DNA from: Candidatus Zhuqueibacterota bacterium
Lineage (GTDB): Bacteria; Zhuqueibacterota; Zhuqueibacteria; Residuimicrobiales; Oceaniaggregativiventaceae
Reading direction: 5' to 3'
Assembly (NCBI GenBank): GCA_016929055.1
Contig: JAFGJN010000320.1
Location: 1 to 58,511 of the forward strand
Length of the DNA stretch: 58,511 bases
The position numbers and the translations under genes are program-made. Below are positions 55,087 to 58,511 of this stretch, one piece after another (within the stretch, counting starts at the first letter, position 1; every line of letters starts with the position of its first letter). A model generated the notes under the pieces. The model saw only the letters and a list, made by a program, of their open reading frames with translations. It did not search any database and was not told the DNA's origin.

Positions 55087-55392
55087 ATGAAATCAACCGT
55101 ACGTGAAAATGAAAACTATCGGAAACTTGAAAAAGCTTCCAAAATGTTGAAAGCGATGGCGCACCCCTTGCGGTTAGCCATCGTGAATTTGCTTGAAGAT
55201 GGTTCCAAGCTGAACGTGACCCAGATTTTTGAAAGCTTGAACATCGAACAAGCGGTTGCGTCGCATCATTTGTCGATACTAAAAGATCGGGATGTGCTCG
55301 CTTCCGAGCGGGACGGTAAAAACATCTATTATTCTCTCAAGCATCATCAGATTCGGGAAATCATCAAATGCATTCACACCTGCATTGATTGA
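55087..55392 (+). CDS. ArsR/SmtB-family winged-helix transcriptional regulator
   Basis: 101 aa. KMLKAMAHPLRLAIVNLLEDGSKLNVTQIFESLNIEQAVASHHLSILKDRDVLASERDGKNIYYSL. GAGGAG RBS. Confidence 0.85.
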   Translation: MKSTVRENENYRKLEKASKMLKAMAHPLRLAIVNLLEDGSKLNVTQIFESLNIEQAVASHHLSILKDRDVLASERDGKNIYYSLKHHQIREIIKCIHTCID

Positions 55393-55489
55393 CAACAGGC
55401 AAGATGCGTATGCTGCCGAACCCGGCCGTGGACAACGCTCCAACCGGTATTGGCTGCAGAATCATTGAGACATGTCAAACCCCGACAAA

Positions 55490-55519
55490 CGAAAGGGTCG
55501 TCGGGATACGACCCTTTCG
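55490..55519 (+). terminator. hairpin terminator downstream of the ArsR-family gene
   Basis: 12-bp perfect stem CGAAAGGGTCGT / ACGACCCTTTCG with a 6-nt loop. The trailing T-run is weak (ATTAAAAT). Confidence 0.55.
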
Positions 55520-55738
55520 ATTAAAATGATAAAAAACTGTCACTTACCCCGGCTATTATTTACATTCGACTCCTGTATAGAGCCGACCCTTCTTGTGAAC
55601 ACCTCGTTAACCCATCCAGGTATTCGGTACGAGGCAAACCACCCTTTATTTCGGGCGATTTGAACATCGATTCCAGGCCGCCTATCCCTTCAAAACGGGC
55701 CTCGAGCAGACGCCCGGAATACACTGGAGATAATTGTT

Positions 55739-56929
55739 ATGTCCGCAAGCTTTGCCGGATCGGCAGTTAAAAAAAGCCCATCCCTGGAGGGCGGAAAATC
55801 TTTGGTTTTTATCGGACCGGCGCATCCCTATCGCGGTGGTATCGCACAATTTTTACAGGGTTTGGCCGGTGGTTTAGACGAGCGCGGGCACTGCGTCACG
55901 ACCGTTACCTTTCGCCGACAATATCCCGGGATTCTCTTTCCCGGAAAAAGTCAGTACGTTCCCGATTCCAAAACCGATCCGTTTCCGGCCGTACGGCTGA
56001 TCGACACGGTGTGCCCTTTATCCTGGTGGAAAACCGCCCGCTTTATCCTTCACAAAAAGCCGGATGCGGTAATCTTTCAATATTGGATGCCCTTTTTTGC
56101 ACCGGCCTTCGGCTTGATCGCCCGCATCGTACGTCGCCGCACCCGTATCGTTGCATTTGTTCACAATGCAATCCCGCACGAATCGAGATGGGGCGATCGC
56201 TTTCTGAGCCGCTTCTTTCTCAACAGCTGTGATGCACTGATTGTGCTTTCCACCACCGTCGCAGAGGAAATTCATTCGTTAAAAGTCCAAAAACCCATAC
56301 GCCAAGTCGGTCATCCAGTCTATTCCAATTTCGGTGAAGCTCTTGAAAAAGAGGAGGCCCGGGCTGTGCTCGGTTTGCCTCGGGATGTGCCCGTTCTTCT
56401 TTTTTTTGGATTGATTCGCCGCTACAAGGGGCTTCACCTGTTGCTCGAAGCCATGCCCCTTGTACTGCGCTCGCTTCCCCAAGCCCGGTTGATAATCGCC
56501 GGCGAATTTTATGACAAACCACAAAACACTCTCGACTCGATTGCCCGGTACGGACTGGAGAGGCAAATCCTGTTGCACAGCGAATTTATACCGGATGAAA
56601 AAGTGCGGATCTATTTCAGCTCCTGCGATGTGGTCGTGCAACCCTATATTTCCGCTTCGCAAAGCGGTGTCGCCCAGATCGCTTTTCATTTTGACCGGCC
56701 ACTGATCGTTACCGATGTCGGAAGTTTGGCGGAAACCGTTCCCCATGAAAAAGCCGGTCTGGTCGTACCGCCCGAAAAGCCAGAAGCACTGGCAAAGGCC
56801 ATTTGCCGCTTCTTCGAATCTCAAATGGCCGAAAAATTGCAAAAAGGTGTGCAAGAGGAAAAACAAAAATACAGCTGGGAAGCGCTTTACAAAGCCCTCG
56901 AATCCGTGCTCATCCCCGCCCCGGTGTGA
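55739..56929 (+). CDS. GT4-family glycosyltransferase
   Basis: 396 aa. N-terminus LVFIGPAHPYRGGIAQF...RGHCVTTVT, and the C-terminal GT-B region LLFFGLIRRYKG...SGVAQIAFHFDRPLIVTDVGSLAE. Confidence 0.75.
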   Translation: MSASFAGSAVKKSPSLEGGKSLVFIGPAHPYRGGIAQFLQGLAGGLDERGHCVTTVTFRRQYPGILFPGKSQYVPDSKTDPFPAVRLIDTVCPLSWWKTARFILHKKPDAVIFQYWMPFFAPAFGLIARIVRRRTRIVAFVHNAIPHESRWGDRFLSRFFLNSCDALIVLSTTVAEEIHSLKVQKPIRQVGHPVYSNFGEALEKEEARAVLGLPRDVPVLLFFGLIRRYKGLHLLLEAMPLVLRSLPQARLIIAGEFYDKPQNTLDSIARYGLERQILLHSEFIPDEKVRIYFSSCDVVVQPYISASQSGVAQIAFHFDRPLIVTDVGSLAETVPHEKAGLVVPPEKPEALAKAICRFFESQMAEKLQKGVQEEKQKYSWEALYKALESVLIPAPV

Positions 56930-56940
56930 CACAACCGACA

Positions 56941-57669
56941 TTATCCCTTTTTGGGACAGAGCAAAGCCATCGGATCCGCAACGCCGATCGATTCCGCAAG
57001 CCAAAACGGTTCGCCATAACGAACGCCAATCTTTTGTCCCCAATATTCGGCTTTGGTGACTATCGACTGTAAAAACTCGGGAGAACTGATAAAAGTCGGT
57101 TCCTCGTCATCCAGTTTACCGGGCTGATAAAACTGGGAGGTATAGGCGCGTATACTCGCGATTTTTTTTTCATAAACCGCGCTGATATCCACAATAAAGC
57201 TGGGGACAAAATCATACAATTCCATATAAAATGCCAGACGCCGGGGGCGGAAATGGGGGTCATCCGTTTCGATCCGCTTGAGACCGGCAAAAAAAACCGC
57301 CTCGCGCACCAGATTCGAACAATTGGCATGGTCGGGATGGCGGGCTTTGACATAAGGGGCAAAAACGAGATCAGGGCGGTGTCGACGAATTTCAGCCACC
57401 AGCTTCTCTTTGTTTTCTCGAGTTACCGCTACCTGGCCGTCCTCAATATCGAGCATACCTTGCCAGCTAACCCCGAGAATTTGCGCCGCTCTTTGCGCCT
57501 CCTCCCGGCGCTGCTCGCGGCTTCCGCGCGTTCCCATTTCCCCCTGGGTGAGAGAAAGTATGCCCGTCCGGTATCCTGCAGCCGCCAAAACGGCCAACGT
57601 CCCGGAACACATCAACTCTACATCATCCGGATGTGCACTCACAGCAAGAACGTCCAGTTTTTGTTGCAT
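56941..57669 (-). CDS. bshB1: PIG-L-family deacetylase, BshB1-like (bacillithiol biosynthesis)
   Basis: LDVLAVSAHPDDVELMCSGTL...GEMGTRG...HPDH motifs. The ATG at 57669 follows GAGGAA, and the gene lies directly downstream of bshC. Confidence 0.7.
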   Translation of the reverse strand: MQQKLDVLAVSAHPDDVELMCSGTLAVLAAAGYRTGILSLTQGEMGTRGSREQRREEAQRAAQILGVSWQGMLDIEDGQVAVTRENKEKLVAEIRRHRPDLVFAPYVKARHPDHANCSNLVREAVFFAGLKRIETDDPHFRPRRLAFYMELYDFVPSFIVDISAVYEKKIASIRAYTSQFYQPGKLDDEEPTFISSPEFLQSIVTKAEYWGQKIGVRYGEPFWLAESIGVADPMALLCPKKG

Positions 57670-57723
57670 TGCTTTTCCTCGAGATGAATGATTAGAAAAC
57701 AGAATCTCCAATCCGCTCGTCTC

Positions 57724-58511
57724 TCAGCCGAGATGAATCACCTGTACCGCCGGATTCAATAAATCCAGTTGTCGTCCGATTTTCTCAAAAAGTGATGGCC
57801 CGAATTTGACTAAAAACGGCACACAATTGAGCTGCCGTTCCTGCGGTTGGCCTTCGGGCACTAGATGTTCGGCCGCTGCGCTGAGCTGTCTGCCGCTCGA
57901 TTCGCGGCGCGCCGAAATCGCCTGGGCAAGCCGTTGCTCCAACTGGTGCAAAGATTTGACCATTTGGTCCCGGCTCTTGTCCACAACCGATTCCAGGGTC
58001 GGATCGAGACGAAGCGCTTCACCCCGCAAACCCGGCCAAATTCTGTCGATCTCTTGGCGTAAGACCGACAAGCCTTGCGAAATATCCCCGGGTATCCATT
58101 CTTTAAAAAGTACCTGGATCTCCGCCTGTGGATCTGATAAAAAACGGGTCAAATCAATTTTATAGCGCTCCAGATGGCGTTGTATTTTGGGCTCCACAAG
58201 CAAAAAACTCGCTCGCGGTACCACCACCGGCATGGGGCGATCATAGGCCGTGTAAACACCTTTGAGCTGAGCCCAATAACTGATCTCCCCGGGCCCCGCG
58301 ACATAAGCGACTGTCGGCAGCAACGTATCCTGGACGATCGGCCGCAACGCTGCTTTAGGACTCAACATGTGAGGCCGTGCCACCAGTTCGCTCAGAGAAT
58401 AGGAGGCTTTGGAATAAAGATTTTGATAACCGTCGGCTCCTCGCTGCAATGAATGCCGGCCATCCTCTAAAACACAGACAGCTGGCCGATCGTTACGGAC
58501 CGACAGCTGAC
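57724..58511 (-). CDS. bshC: bacillithiol biosynthesis cysteine-adding enzyme BshC; C-terminal part only (5' end beyond the window)
   Basis: The reading frame stays open to the window edge: my translation upstream of the track start gives ...QLSVRNDRPAVCVLEDGRHSLQRGADGY. The conserved VAYVAGPGEISYWAQLK motif and a C-terminal coiled-coil region are present. Confidence 0.7.
   Translation of the reverse strand, partial: QLSVRNDRPAVCVLEDGRHSLQRGADGYQNLYSKASYSLSELVARPHMLSPKAALRPIVQDTLLPTVAYVAGPGEISYWAQLKGVYTAYDRPMPVVVPRASFLLVEPKIQRHLERYKIDLTRFLSDPQAEIQVLFKEWIPGDISQGLSVLRQEIDRIWPGLRGEALRLDPTLESVVDKSRDQMVKSLHQLEQRLAQAISARRESSGRQLSAAAEHLVPEGQPQERQLNCVPFLVKFGPSLFEKIGRQLDLLNPAVQVIHLG

Noticed and set aside
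57161-57169. A9/T9 homopolymer inside bshB1 (and A8 runs in the amidase gene near 50216 and 50405) as possible phase-variation tracts
   Set aside because: They are in frame, simply encoding Lys-Lys in E-K-K contexts. Housekeeping genes are not expected to be phase-variable, and there is no evidence of length heterogeneity from a single sequence.

Overview
This is a 58.5-kb chromosomal window with dense coding in the standard genetic code. I call 51 protein-coding genes, two of them cut by the window edges. I found no rRNA, tRNA, CRISPR array, transposase, integrase or phage gene by eye. Many starts are preceded by strong GGAGG-type ribosome-binding sites. One giant secreted protein ends in an NYPNPFNPTTT-type T9SS/FlgD-Ig-like sorting domain, and bshB1/bshC (bacillithiol) are present. 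Together these suggest an uncultured FCB-superphylum-like Gram-negative bacterium rather than a classical Bacteroidetes; this is inference only. Most of the content is housekeeping: ade, purine nucleoside phosphorylase, acyl-CoA ligase, rlmD, tex, nadB, hisS, trmH-like, ptsN, trxB, typA, sat, cysC, nif3, amidase and rhomboid, mixed with envelope genes. I could not identify one obvious novel system. The best candidates are listed here. (1) A self-contained, translationally coupled operon at 11255-17447 encodes a secreted NHL propeller, an uncharacterised 1144-aa beta-rich giant and a TamA-sized Omp85 barrel. (2) A textbook sigma-54 promoter with paired upstream repeats drives a secreted protein built from four exact 138-bp calcium-loop repeats, followed by a beta-barrel gene (44685-46815). 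(3) An orphan OLD/ABC-type ATPase with no nuclease partner sits between nadB and an M20 peptidase gene (25652-26779). (4) A 542-bp AT-rich noncoding gap upstream of typA contains two related hairpins (40740-41281). All family calls come from motifs read by eye, and no database search was run. Several starts were moved relative to the ORF track on the basis of RBS and N-terminal logic.
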